A stretch of DNA of 64,000 nt, from assembly GCA_023267635.1 (NCBI GenBank), contig JAHFMX010000001.1:83165-147164 (forward strand), read 5' to 3'. This stretch comes from a bacterium (GTDB lineage Bacteria; Patescibacteriota; Minisyncoccia; Phycocordibacterales; UBA5272). The notes beneath the pieces were generated by a model that saw only the letters and a program-made list of their open reading frames with translations, searched no databases and was not told the origin of the DNA. The first letter of the stretch is position 1. Each line of letters opens with the position of its first letter. Shown one piece after another: positions 18,561 to 27,459 of the stretch. Both the position numbers and the translations under genes were made by a program.

Positions 18561-19562
18561 TTAAAGTATTACTAGTTTGTAACTCTCAGGGGCTTTTTGT
18601 AAAAATTCCTCAATTGCTTTCTCGGAAAGAAGCCCTTCTTGAGCCCCGATATGCTGCACAACATTCATACTGTTAATTGGCGCGCGGTTGATTGCGTAAA
18701 TAGGATCATACCCTTTAACAAGATATGCAATGAAGGTTGAGAAAAAAGCGTCTCCTGCACCAGTGCGCTCAAGCGGCGGCGCAATGTCTGGGTAGATTGG
18801 CATATTGAAATAGGTATGATCATATTTCATATAGGCGCCGAGAGGTCCGTCGGTAATAATAACAGTCGACGGGCCGAGTGCTTCTAATCCATCCAGTAGT
18901 TTTTTTATATCATGTTCATCACTTTCAAGTAAGACTTGGGCTTCTTCTTTATTAACACATACAACATCTGTTTCTTTGTAGAGCTCTGTATTCTTTCCCA
19001 TCTTGAGTTGAAATGTTCCTGGCTGAAACGCTACGCGTACATCTGGATTATTTTTTACATACGCTGTCAGCTCGTCGTGGAAGCTTTCAGTGTGAGCACC
19101 TAGCGAAGAGATGTACAACCAAGTAGGGGAACCAATTGCTGGAAGGGAATAATCAAACGCTTCGTGTTTTACAAGAATGGTTCGATCATCACCATACCAT
19201 AGTACGTAGTGATAGTTAGTTTTTTTACCAGCTTGCAGTTGTATGAAATCGCTCAGCACACCTTCTTTAACAAGCGTTTCTCTACAGAGATTTCCATAAG
19301 CGTCCTCACCTAACCATGTGAGAAGGGAAGAGTGTACACCTAAGCGCGCAGCTGAAACCGCAGCGTTGGCGCTGTTTCCGACACCAGCAATAAGAGTAGC
19401 GCTTTCGTAAGGAACTTTTGCGCCGTATGGAATACAAAGTTCAGGACCATTAGCTGTTTCTTGCACATGTCCCACAGAAAGCTTGATGAAAGGTTCAATA
19501 ACTGTATCACCAACCGCGAGGAATGTTCCTGTATTTGTTGCACTATTTTCCTTATCTGTCAT
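18561..19562 (-). CDS. PfkB-family carbohydrate kinase (ribokinase-like)
   Basis: 333 aa; C-terminal TGAGDAFFSTFIAYL signature; N-terminal GG-type sugar-binding region. Confidence 0.8.
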   Translation of the reverse strand: MTDKENSATNTGTFLAVGDTVIEPFIKLSVGHVQETANGPELCIPYGAKVPYESATLIAGVGNSANAAVSAARLGVHSSLLTWLGEDAYGNLCRETLVKEGVLSDFIQLQAGKKTNYHYVLWYGDDRTILVKHEAFDYSLPAIGSPTWLYISSLGAHTESFHDELTAYVKNNPDVRVAFQPGTFQLKMGKNTELYKETDVVCVNKEEAQVLLESDEHDIKKLLDGLEALGPSTVIITDGPLGAYMKYDHTYFNMPIYPDIAPPLERTGAGDAFFSTFIAYLVKGYDPIYAINRAPINSMNVVQHIGAQEGLLSEKAIEEFLQKAPESYKLVIL

Positions 19563-19590
19563 GAACGTATGGTATCACGAACTTCTTGTT

Positions 19591-19705
19591 CCAGAGTGTG
19601 TAAAAACTCCTGAGGCAAGGCGTGCGAGTGAGGAATCATGAGGACGTACAACCTCGTACGTTGAATGGTTCCAAGCGAAGTGAAGCGTAGTATCAGGAGT
19701 TTTTA
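19591..19705. repeat. 23-bp perfect inverted repeat pair flanking a 69-bp spacer
   Basis: CCAGAGTGTGTAAAAACTCCTGA (19591-19613) and its exact reverse complement (19683-19705); inner hairpin ACGTAC..GTACGT; sits between divergent pfkB-family and fba genes. Confidence 0.8.
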
Positions 19706-19729
19706 CACACTCTGGTATACTGTATTGAT

Positions 19730-20620
19730 ATGATGAAGCTTCCGCCCCAATCCAACCATTATTTAGACACGATTCTCGCATACAAAAAAGAAGGCAAAGC
19801 AATCGCACATTTTAATATTTCAAATCTTGATCAAGCACGAGCAATTGCAGACGTTGCACAAGAGTTGCAGCAGCCAGTTATTATTGGTGTGAGTGAAGGG
19901 GAGCGTGAGTACATTGGAGTAAAGATGGTACGTACAGTAATCGAAGAGCTTAATGAGGAATATGCTATCCCAATTTTTTTAAACGCTGATCATACCTACA
20001 CACTCGAAAAAGTAATGGAAGCAGTAGAAGCTGGATACGATAGTGTTATAGTGGACGGTGCAAAACTTCCATATGAAGAGAACGTGGCGTTAGTACGAAT
20101 CTGTACAGATGCCGTTCGTATGTATGAAGAAAAAACAGGTAAGCGTGTTTTGGTTGAAGCAGAACTTGGGTACATTGGTCAGTCATCATCTTTGAATCAG
20201 TCTCTTCCAGAGGGAGTAAGTGAGGCGAACCTTACTACGGTTGAACAAGCTAAGGATTTTGTTATTCGGACAGGAATAGATATGTTCGCACCAGCAATTG
20301 GAAATGTGCATGGAATGCTTGTTGACGCAGAGGAGCCAAAGCTTCATATTGATCGTCTTAAAGAAATTGCAGCTGCAATAGATATACCACTCGTACTCCA
20401 CGGAGCAAGTGGAAATACAGATGAAGACTTACGTGCAGCAATTGATGCAGGAATTGCACTTGTTCACATCAACACAGAAATTAGAAAAGCCTTCCGTGAT
20501 GGGGAAATGAATTATTTGGAAGAGCATCCAAATGAAGTTGCGCCGTATAAGTTTGGAAAGGAAGGACAAGAAGAAATGAAGAAGGTAGTGCGTGCGAAGA
20601 TGGAGTTATACGCTAAATAA
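19730..20620 (+). CDS. fba: class II fructose/ketose-bisphosphate aldolase
   Basis: 296 aa; IAHFNISNLDQARAIADVA..IIGVSEGE, class II aldolase Zn-binding His pattern. Confidence 0.8.
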   Translation: MMKLPPQSNHYLDTILAYKKEGKAIAHFNISNLDQARAIADVAQELQQPVIIGVSEGEREYIGVKMVRTVIEELNEEYAIPIFLNADHTYTLEKVMEAVEAGYDSVIVDGAKLPYEENVALVRICTDAVRMYEEKTGKRVLVEAELGYIGQSSSLNQSLPEGVSEANLTTVEQAKDFVIRTGIDMFAPAIGNVHGMLVDAEEPKLHIDRLKEIAAAIDIPLVLHGASGNTDEDLRAAIDAGIALVHINTEIRKAFRDGEMNYLEEHPNEVAPYKFGKEGQEEMKKVVRAKMELYAK

Positions 20621-20634
20621 TAAAGAAATAGTTT

Positions 20635-21777
20635 ATGAATCACGATTACAATAAGGAGTCTATCGATTTACATAAGAAGCATCACGGGAAAATTGAGTTA
20701 GCAGTTAAGGTTCCCATGAATGATAAAGATGATTTATCACGTGCATACACTCCTGGCATTGCTGAAATTTCAAGAGAAATAGGAAAAGATCCATCACTTG
20801 CAAGAGAGTATACGTTAAAGCGAAATACTGTCGCTATTATTTCTGATGGGTCAGCAATACTTGGACTTGGTAACCTAGGAGCACTCGCCGCAATTCCTGT
20901 TATGGAAGGAAAGGCTGCAATATTAAAATCTTTTGCTGGAGTGGACGCGTTTCCTATTTGTTTAGACACACAAGATACTGAGGAAATTATTAAAGCAGTG
21001 AAACAGTTGGCTCCAGTCTTCGGTGCAATTAATTTGGAAGACATCGCCGCGCCAAAGTGTTTTGAAATTGAAGAACGATTACGTCGTGAGCTTTCTATTC
21101 CTGTTATGCATGATGATCAGTGGGGGACAGCAACTGTTGTTCTTGGGGGGCTTATCAATGCGCTTATGGTGACGGGCAGAGAAACAGGTTGGGATGCAAA
21201 AATTGTAATCAACGGAGTTGGTTCAGCGGGAGTAGCGACAGCCCGTATTCTTCTTTCGTACGGATTTAAAAATATATTGTTCTGTGATAGTAAGGGTATT
21301 ATCCATACAGGACGCCAGGACTTGAATGATCAGAAAAAAGAATTACTCGCAGGTTCTTTACTCGGGGGGCATGAAGGAACACTTGCGGACGCAGTGGTAG
21401 ACGCTGATGTATTTATCGGTGTATCAAAAGCAGGAGTATTAACTGGAGAGATGATTCATACTATGAAGTCTAATCCAATTGTGTTTGCGCTGGCTAATCC
21501 AATTCCAGAGATCATGCCTGAGATTGCAAAGGAGGCAGGGGTTGCGGTGATGGCAACAGGGCGAAGTGATTTTCCAAATCAACTCAACAATTCACTTATT
21601 TTCCCAGGATTATTTAAAGGAGTACTTGATGCCAACATTAAGCAATTTGATATCACTATGTTTACTCGAGCAGCTCTCGCTCTCGCACAGCATGTAAAGA
21701 ATCCAAGCAGAGAGGAAATATTACCAAACATGTTTGATAAGGAGTTGGTGGATGTGGTTGCTAACACAGTTAGATAG
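20635..21777 (+). CDS. NAD(P)-dependent malic enzyme (short form)
   Basis: 380 aa; LSRAYTPGIAEISREI, GLGNLGALAAIPVMEGKA, NPIPEI motifs. Confidence 0.8.
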   Translation: MNHDYNKESIDLHKKHHGKIELAVKVPMNDKDDLSRAYTPGIAEISREIGKDPSLAREYTLKRNTVAIISDGSAILGLGNLGALAAIPVMEGKAAILKSFAGVDAFPICLDTQDTEEIIKAVKQLAPVFGAINLEDIAAPKCFEIEERLRRELSIPVMHDDQWGTATVVLGGLINALMVTGRETGWDAKIVINGVGSAGVATARILLSYGFKNILFCDSKGIIHTGRQDLNDQKKELLAGSLLGGHEGTLADAVVDADVFIGVSKAGVLTGEMIHTMKSNPIVFALANPIPEIMPEIAKEAGVAVMATGRSDFPNQLNNSLIFPGLFKGVLDANIKQFDITMFTRAALALAQHVKNPSREEILPNMFDKELVDVVANTVR

Positions 21778-21782
21778 ATAAT

Positions 21783-21815
21783 ATAAAAATGAGGTCCCGC
21801 GAACGGAACCTCATT
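21783..21815. terminator. hairpin terminator, convergent genes
   Basis: AATGAGGT-12 nt loop-ACCTCATT; T-tract on the minus-strand side, A-tract on the plus side. Confidence 0.45.
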
Positions 21816-22545
21816 GCATAGCTGAGAAATCAAATATTCTGTTCCAGTTTTCTTGGACCAGTTTCTTTTGCCTTTCTCGAAGTAGTGGCACAAGTTTGCG
21901 CCACTGTGGTGAAAGTGCACCACATTCGACCCTAATCTCAATTTCGGCCTCAAGGCGGTTAAAAATGAATACAAAATACTTCTCTGTTTCTTGGAGTTTT
22001 CTCACTTGTGAGTGGAGCTCCATTCCGTAGAGAGTCGAGAGGTTGTCTTCTCGGTCAAACACCTTGGCGATGAGTGACCAGATGTAAAACAACTTCACAA
22101 GCCGTGCCAACATGTGATGAGAGTGTTCATTTCCTTGTTTGGTAATTTGCATTGTTCCAAATGCAATCTCTGCGGTGAATCGAGCTAGAATTTTTTCTCG
22201 AACTAGCTCTGGATCAAAGCCTGCTTTCTTCGCGTCTTCTATTACGTCGTGAAGCAACAAGATCATTACAATCTTGCAATTCCAGATACCAAGTAGAACA
22301 AACACTAGAAGCAGTCGCATTACCGCTCGGTGGATGTGATAGAAGTAGTGCTCTCCTGTTGCACGTTTAGGTGCATTGAGGTGGTGTTCAAGACTGAAAT
22401 CATAAACAATCGAGAGTTCAACAGTTTCTTTTTTCGACGCTTTTGTTTTGCCGAGCCCGTGCATGAACTCGAGCTTTTTTGGAAGCTGTGAGTCCATGGA
22501 AGTTCTCCTTGGTGTAGAAACTAACGAGGCCACGATGAGCGGCAT
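21811..22545 (-). CDS. HD-domain protein, SpoT/RelA-like (p)ppGpp hydrolase domain only
   Basis: EHYFYHIHRAVMRL and LLLHDVIEDAKKAGFD match the RelA/SpoT HD motifs; no synthetase domain; true start may be an internal Met (about 22497). Confidence 0.55.
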   Translation of the reverse strand: MPLIVASLVSTPRRTSMDSQLPKKLEFMHGLGKTKASKKETVELSIVYDFSLEHHLNAPKRATGEHYFYHIHRAVMRLLLVFVLLGIWNCKIVMILLLHDVIEDAKKAGFDPELVREKILARFTAEIAFGTMQITKQGNEHSHHMLARLVKLFYIWSLIAKVFDREDNLSTLYGMELHSQVRKLQETEKYFVFIFNRLEAEIEIRVECGALSPQWRKLVPLLRERQKKLVQENWNRIFDFSAMQ

Positions 22546-22706
22546 ATATGCTCACGTGGGTTGTCTTGAACGATTACACAATAGATAACAAAAAAGAAAA
22601 AGGGAACGCCTACAAATATAAGCGCTAGTCCCGCCAAAAGGATCGCGAGTACCCCCTTCCCGCAGAATATGACCCCAAGCAAGAGATTTTCGAGTAGGTG
22701 TCGCAT
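22521..22706 (-). CDS. possible small membrane protein
   Basis: 61-aa frame MRHLLENLLLGVIFCGKGVLAILLAGLALIFVGVPFFFFVIY.. with AGGA 6 nt upstream; lies in the tgt/HD intergenic region; the longer ORF-track version overlaps tgt. Confidence 0.25.
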   Translation of the reverse strand: MRHLLENLLLGVIFCGKGVLAILLAGLALIFVGVPFFFFVIYCVIVQDNPREHICRSSWPR

Positions 22707-22784
22707 GACAGTTCCTGTAAAGTTCAACTGCCCGCATACTACTTGTTTTAGTGGGAGAAGTCTACTTTGTGATAGTATGGGGAC

Positions 22785-24041
22785 ATGTCGTTTTCTTTCG
22801 AGATAACCCACAATTCTAAAGAAGCTCCGCTTGCTCGATCGGGGGTTATTCATACTCCGCACGGAGATATACAAACTCCTGCTTTTATTACTGTTGGCAC
22901 AAAAGCTACAGTTAAAGCTCTCACCGCTGAACAGATTCGTGATGCGGTCGGCGCTCAAGCAGTTCTTGCAAATACTTACCATCTCTATCTTGAGCCAGGG
23001 GATGAAATAGTTGCCAAGCATGGTGGTTTCCCAAAAATGATGAACTGGCAAAAAGACGGAAAGGTGCTTCCTTCAGTAACCGACTCAGGAGGGTTCCAAG
23101 TTTTTTCATTAGGACAGGCTCTTGGGCACGGGGTGAGTAAGATCGCAACAAGCGAAGAAATTTCAGCGTATGAATCTACGCTGAGTAAGCGTGAGGAAAA
23201 AGAAATCGCTCAAGAAAGCATTCATGAAAAGATGGCGCACATTGATGAAGATGGAGTGACGTTTAAATCAGTGATTGATGGAAGTAAACATAGATTTACT
23301 CCTGAACGTAGTATGCAGATACAACACAATTTGGGAGCGGATATCTTTTTTGCTTTTGATGAATGCACTAGTCCGCTTGCTCCTATCACGTACCAGAAAG
23401 AAGCGATGGATAGAACGCATAGATGGGCAAAGCGTAGTCTCGATGAGCATAAACGATTAGGTGTATCAGCAGCAACAGGAGAGATGCAGGCGCTCTTTGG
23501 AGTTGTACAGGGCGGAGCATATGAGGAATTACGTCGTGAATCTGCAAAAATACTTGGTGCTATGGATTTTGATGGATATGGTATCGGTGGAAGTTTCACC
23601 AAAGACGATATGGCAACAGCGGTGCGATGGGTATGTGAGGAACTACCAGTTGGAAAGCCTCGACACTTGCTTGGTATTGGGGAACCGCTTGATATGCTGC
23701 TCGCCATTGAAAATGGCATTGATACATTTGATTGTGTTGCGCCAACTCGAATTGGAAGAAACGGAACACTCTATACGCTTGATGGACGTATTAATATTAC
23801 TAATGCAAAGTATAAGGATGACATGTCTCCTGTATCGGAGGATGCTACATGGTACACACATGGGTATACAAAAAGTTATCTTTCACATTTGTTCAGAGCG
23901 GATGAAATGCTCGCTGCAACACTTGCGTCCATTCATAATCTGAAATTTTTAACAGCACTCGTTGATGATGCACGTAAAGCGTTACAGGAAGGAAGGTTTA
24001 TGGAATTTAAAAATAGTTTTATCGCACGATACTATAAATAA
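22785..24041 (+). CDS. tgt: queuine tRNA-ribosyltransferase
   Basis: 418 aa; ARSGVIHTPHGDIQTPAFITVGT, Zn-binding C-terminal region; TAGTAT 6 nt upstream of ATG. Confidence 0.9.
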   Translation: MSFSFEITHNSKEAPLARSGVIHTPHGDIQTPAFITVGTKATVKALTAEQIRDAVGAQAVLANTYHLYLEPGDEIVAKHGGFPKMMNWQKDGKVLPSVTDSGGFQVFSLGQALGHGVSKIATSEEISAYESTLSKREEKEIAQESIHEKMAHIDEDGVTFKSVIDGSKHRFTPERSMQIQHNLGADIFFAFDECTSPLAPITYQKEAMDRTHRWAKRSLDEHKRLGVSAATGEMQALFGVVQGGAYEELRRESAKILGAMDFDGYGIGGSFTKDDMATAVRWVCEELPVGKPRHLLGIGEPLDMLLAIENGIDTFDCVAPTRIGRNGTLYTLDGRINITNAKYKDDMSPVSEDATWYTHGYTKSYLSHLFRADEMLAATLASIHNLKFLTALVDDARKALQEGRFMEFKNSFIARYYK

Positions 24042-24049
24042 GGTAAAGA

Positions 24050-24079
24050 AAAAAGCCGCACAGTGTGTGGCTTTTTTTG
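24050..24079. terminator. bidirectional intrinsic terminator
   Basis: AAAAAAGCCGCACA-GTG-TGTGGCTTTTTTT. Confidence 0.7.
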
Positions 24080-24087
24080 TGGCTTGT

Positions 24088-24501
24088 CTAGGGTCGGGGT
24101 TCCTTGTAGCGCCACCCACCTGAAAGGCTTCCCCCAATAATCCCGCAAGAAAACAACAAAGCAAGCAGAATCGGTGGAAGGTTTTTCCAAACCCAAGAGA
24201 AGAAACCAAAGTACCAAAGGATGGTGCAGAAAATAATAACTGCCGCCACAACACAACCAAGGAAACAGTTGAAAACAGCTATTTTTACTTCTTCTGCCGG
24301 AGACATTTCTGGTTCAACTCTCTTTTGTCGAGGTGTGTGTTTTTGTTTTTCGACACACGCAAACAAGAAAAAAGTAATCGCAGGCAGAAGCGGCAGCCCC
24401 CATACAAGTTCAGGGTAGTTTTTAAATGCCAGCCACCCAGAAAAGAGTATGCACGCAAACGTACATACAAGGAAAAAGATTTTTCGTATGATTTTCCGCA
24501 T
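24088..24501 (-). CDS. hypothetical integral membrane protein
   Basis: 137 aa with 4 predicted TM helices. Confidence 0.45.
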   Translation of the reverse strand: MRKIIRKIFFLVCTFACILFSGWLAFKNYPELVWGLPLLPAITFFLFACVEKQKHTPRQKRVEPEMSPAEEVKIAVFNCFLGCVVAAVIIFCTILWYFGFFSWVWKNLPPILLALLFSCGIIGGSLSGGWRYKEPRP

Positions 24502-24532
24502 ACAGCTCTCCTTCTGCTTTACAGCAATGGTT

Positions 24533-24637
24533 TCAGATCAATGTGGCAGCAACGATGATGAATATCACCAGTGCTTCCATCTTGTGATTCATGAGGAATT
24601 CGAGGTCTCCCTCGCCCTCTTCGTCGGGTGTTTCCAT
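24533..24637 (-). CDS. possible 34-aa membrane peptide upstream of the membrane protein gene
   Basis: ATG with GGAG 8 nt upstream; METPDEEGEGDLEFLMNHKMEALVIFIIVAATLI; ends 31 nt before the downstream gene. Confidence 0.2.
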   Translation of the reverse strand: METPDEEGEGDLEFLMNHKMEALVIFIIVAATLI

Positions 24638-24687
24638 AGGTTTGTCTCCTGTCTTGTAAGGGGTTATTCAAACAGCTTTCAATTTTA

Positions 24688-24696
24688 TGCTATAAT
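24688..24696 (+). promoter_or_regulatory. extended -10 TGCTATAAT upstream of uvrB
   Basis: TGnTATAAT 12 nt before the ATG at 24709. Confidence 0.4.
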
Positions 24697-24708
24697 GACA
24701 TCTTAACT

Positions 24709-26751
24709 ATGTCAAGCAAGAATACACGCAGAGATAAGGGGGTATTTGATATCAAAGGCTTTACTCCAGCAGGAGATCAGCCGAAAGCAATTGCCGAACT
24801 TGTAGTTGGACTGAAAAAGGGGACAGCAAAACAAACACTCCTCGGCGCTACTGGGACTGGTAAAACGTTCACTATTGCGAACGTTATTCAGCAGGTCCAA
24901 AAACCAACGCTTGTTATTGCTCACAACAAAACTCTCGCCGCCCAACTCGCTCAAGAATTTCGTACTTTTTTCCCAGATGCTGCAGTGCACTATTTCGTTT
25001 CGTACTATGATTACTATCAGCCAGAAGCGTACATGCCAGTGACGGATACGTATATTGAAAAAGATGCTCAAATCAACGAAGAGATTGATAGATTACGTCA
25101 CGCTTCAACACAGGCGCTGCTTACCAGAAAAGATGTAATCATCGTTGCGTCAGTTTCTTGTATTTATGGTTTGGGATCTCCAAAAGACTATGAGCGAGAG
25201 AATATGATTCTTTCTGTTGGAGACAGCGCATCGAAAGTAGAGCTTATGCAAAAGTTTGTGGCTATTTATTATGAACGTACAAATGCCGATCTTTCACCTG
25301 GAACATTTCGTGCGATAGGAAATAGAATTGATATCATGCCTATTTCTGAAACGCTCATGCTTCAGATAGAAATTGCAGGAGGAAAAATTTCTCGCCTACA
25401 AACAGTTGATCCAGTATCGATGAAACTTTTGTCCGTAGTTGATGAATATTATATTTTCCCTGCAAAGCACTTTATTTCTGACGTACCAACACGTGAACGT
25501 GCCGTTGAAACAATTCAAAAAGAATTAGAATCTCGTTTAGCAGAATTTGATAAGGAGGGGAAAATTCTTGAAGCAGAACGTCTTAAGCGTCGAACACGCT
25601 ACGATGTGGCCATGATTAAAGAAGTAGGGTTTTGTCAGGGAGTAGAAAACTATTCTCGACATCTTTCAGGCAAGCTTCCAGGGGAGGCTCCAGACACACT
25701 CCTAGAATATTTCCCACACGATAAGGACGGGAAGCCAGATTTCCTTACTATTATTGATGAGTCACACGTAACCTTGCCTCAACTTCACGGCATGTATGCA
25801 GGTGATCAGTCACGCAAGCAAACGCTTGTTGAATATGGTTTTCGTTTACCAAGTGCGAAAGATAACCGCCCACTTCGATATGAAGAGTTTGAGAAAAGAA
25901 TTGCTGATGTGATCTATGTGTCTGCTACTCCTGGAGCATATGAACGCGCAGACTCTGCGACAATTATTGAACAGATTATTCGTCCAACAGGATTGCTTGA
26001 TCCAGTACTTGAAGTAAAGCCAGTAGAAGCAAAAGGGGCGTATGAAGGACAGGTGCATCATTTTATTAAAGAAGCAGTAGCTGATATTAAATTAGGTGGG
26101 CGTATTATTGCTACGACGCTCACCAAGAAAATGGCAGAGAGTCTTTCTGAGTACTTGAAAGAACAGGGGGTGAAGGCAGAGTATCTTCATAGTGATATTA
26201 AGACCATGGATAGAATTCAAATTCTTACAGAATTTCGTAAGGGAAAGTTTGACTGTCTTGTTGGAGTTAACTTGCTTCGAGAGGGACTCGACTTACCAGA
26301 GGTAACGCTGATTGGAATCTTAGACGCTGACAAAGAAGGGTTCCTTCGTTCAGAAACGTCTCTCATCCAAACAATTGGTCGTGCAGCTCGTAATGTTCGC
26401 GGGCGTGTTATTTTATATGCTGATGTGATGACAGGATCGCTCGAGCGAGCTATTGCTGAAACAAATCGTCGTCGCACTATTCAGGAAGATTACAACAAGA
26501 AGCACGGAATTACTCCAACGACCATTAAGAAGAATATTCAAGATATTACTGAAAGTATGTTGAGTAGTCACGATAAGGCAGTGTCAGAGGAGCTTCAAAT
26601 AGATGCAAAAGTATTTGCTAAAAATCCTGACAAGCTTATTAAATTAAAGGAGAAGCAAATGAAAGAAGCTGTGAAAGCGCTTGATTTTGAGACTGCTGCA
26701 ATCCTTCGTGATGAGATTAAGGTGTTGAAGATACGGTTGGAAAATAAGTAA
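24709..26751 (+). CDS. uvrB: excinuclease ABC subunit B
   Basis: 680 aa; GATGTGKT Walker A, helicase motifs, C-terminal UVR domain. Confidence 0.95.
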   Translation: MSSKNTRRDKGVFDIKGFTPAGDQPKAIAELVVGLKKGTAKQTLLGATGTGKTFTIANVIQQVQKPTLVIAHNKTLAAQLAQEFRTFFPDAAVHYFVSYYDYYQPEAYMPVTDTYIEKDAQINEEIDRLRHASTQALLTRKDVIIVASVSCIYGLGSPKDYERENMILSVGDSASKVELMQKFVAIYYERTNADLSPGTFRAIGNRIDIMPISETLMLQIEIAGGKISRLQTVDPVSMKLLSVVDEYYIFPAKHFISDVPTRERAVETIQKELESRLAEFDKEGKILEAERLKRRTRYDVAMIKEVGFCQGVENYSRHLSGKLPGEAPDTLLEYFPHDKDGKPDFLTIIDESHVTLPQLHGMYAGDQSRKQTLVEYGFRLPSAKDNRPLRYEEFEKRIADVIYVSATPGAYERADSATIIEQIIRPTGLLDPVLEVKPVEAKGAYEGQVHHFIKEAVADIKLGGRIIATTLTKKMAESLSEYLKEQGVKAEYLHSDIKTMDRIQILTEFRKGKFDCLVGVNLLREGLDLPEVTLIGILDADKEGFLRSETSLIQTIGRAARNVRGRVILYADVMTGSLERAIAETNRRRTIQEDYNKKHGITPTTIKKNIQDITESMLSSHDKAVSEELQIDAKVFAKNPDKLIKLKEKQMKEAVKALDFETAAILRDEIKVLKIRLENK

Positions 26752-26783
26752 AATACCCCTGACAAAGGCTGTTTTTTGTGTCT

Positions 26784-26812
26784 TTGCACATTCTTTTCCC
26801 TAGGCGTATACT
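26784..26812 (+). promoter_or_regulatory. sigma70-like promoter TTGCAC-17-TATACT
   Basis: -35 at 26784-26789, -10 at 26807-26812, 6 nt before the ATG at 26819. Confidence 0.45.
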
Positions 26813-26818
26813 TTGGGC

Positions 26819-27343
26819 ATGAAAACATACAAAGCCATTTTATTAGCAGTTCTCGGTCTTGTGATTGTAGTAGCAGGAGCATATTTTTATATGAAGGATA
26901 AACCTGTCGCACAAGCGCCAATTGTTACAAGTACCATGAAAACGTTGGAAGGTCAGGTGGTTCGTGTATTTGAAGGTGAGAATAAGCTTATCTACAGTCT
27001 TGATATTCCAGAAACGGCAACATCAACACTTAGTATGAATGATGCGCTTGTAAAAATTACTGATAATGGAGCGGCGTACATTTCAATGTACATGAGCTAT
27101 GAAGGAGGACGAGGGTATTCATCACTTGATTACATCAACAATGTGATCGCTCCTCGCGTGTCTACGCTAGCGGTTGTTGGAACAACAACTATTGCAGGAA
27201 GTGTTTGGACGATTGCTCAGTCAGCAAACACTGAATGGCATGTAGGACAGGCGGGAGACGGACAGTGGCTTATGGTTGTTGAAAGCGCGCGCGCTAATCA
27301 CGATCAGGTAGTTGAGACACTCGATTCACTTACTACAAAGTAA
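26819..27343 (+). CDS. hypothetical membrane-anchored secreted protein
   Basis: N-terminal TM AILLAVLGLVIVVAGAYFY then a soluble domain; the ORF track starts at TTG 26813. Confidence 0.5.
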   Translation: MKTYKAILLAVLGLVIVVAGAYFYMKDKPVAQAPIVTSTMKTLEGQVVRVFEGENKLIYSLDIPETATSTLSMNDALVKITDNGAAYISMYMSYEGGRGYSSLDYINNVIAPRVSTLAVVGTTTIAGSVWTIAQSANTEWHVGQAGDGQWLMVVESARANHDQVVETLDSLTTK

Positions 27344-27355
27344 TCTTCTTATACT

Positions 27356-27383
27356 AAAAACCGACCAGTTATGGTCGGTTTTT
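27356..27383 (+). terminator. intrinsic terminator
   Basis: AAAAACCGACC-AGTTAT-GGTCGGTTTTT. Confidence 0.7.
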
Positions 27384-27411
27384 AGTATAGAGAGTAAGCA
27401 CTTGGCAATTT

Positions 27412-27440
27412 TTGAAAAAGGTTGTCAAATATGCTATAAT
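27412..27440 (+). promoter_or_regulatory. consensus-like sigma70 promoter TTGAAA-17-TATAAT for uvrA
   Basis: -35 at 27412-27417, 17-nt spacer, -10 at 27435-27440; the ORF-track start at 27412 falls inside the promoter. Confidence 0.55.
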
Positions 27441-27459
27441 GCGGAAATTGTCCTCACCC

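Noticed and set aside
22521-23051. 176-aa minus-strand ORF overlapping the 5' third of tgt
   Set aside because: tgt is unambiguous on the plus strand; only the last 61 codons (22521-22706), which lie in the intergenic region and have an RBS, were kept as a low-confidence small membrane protein
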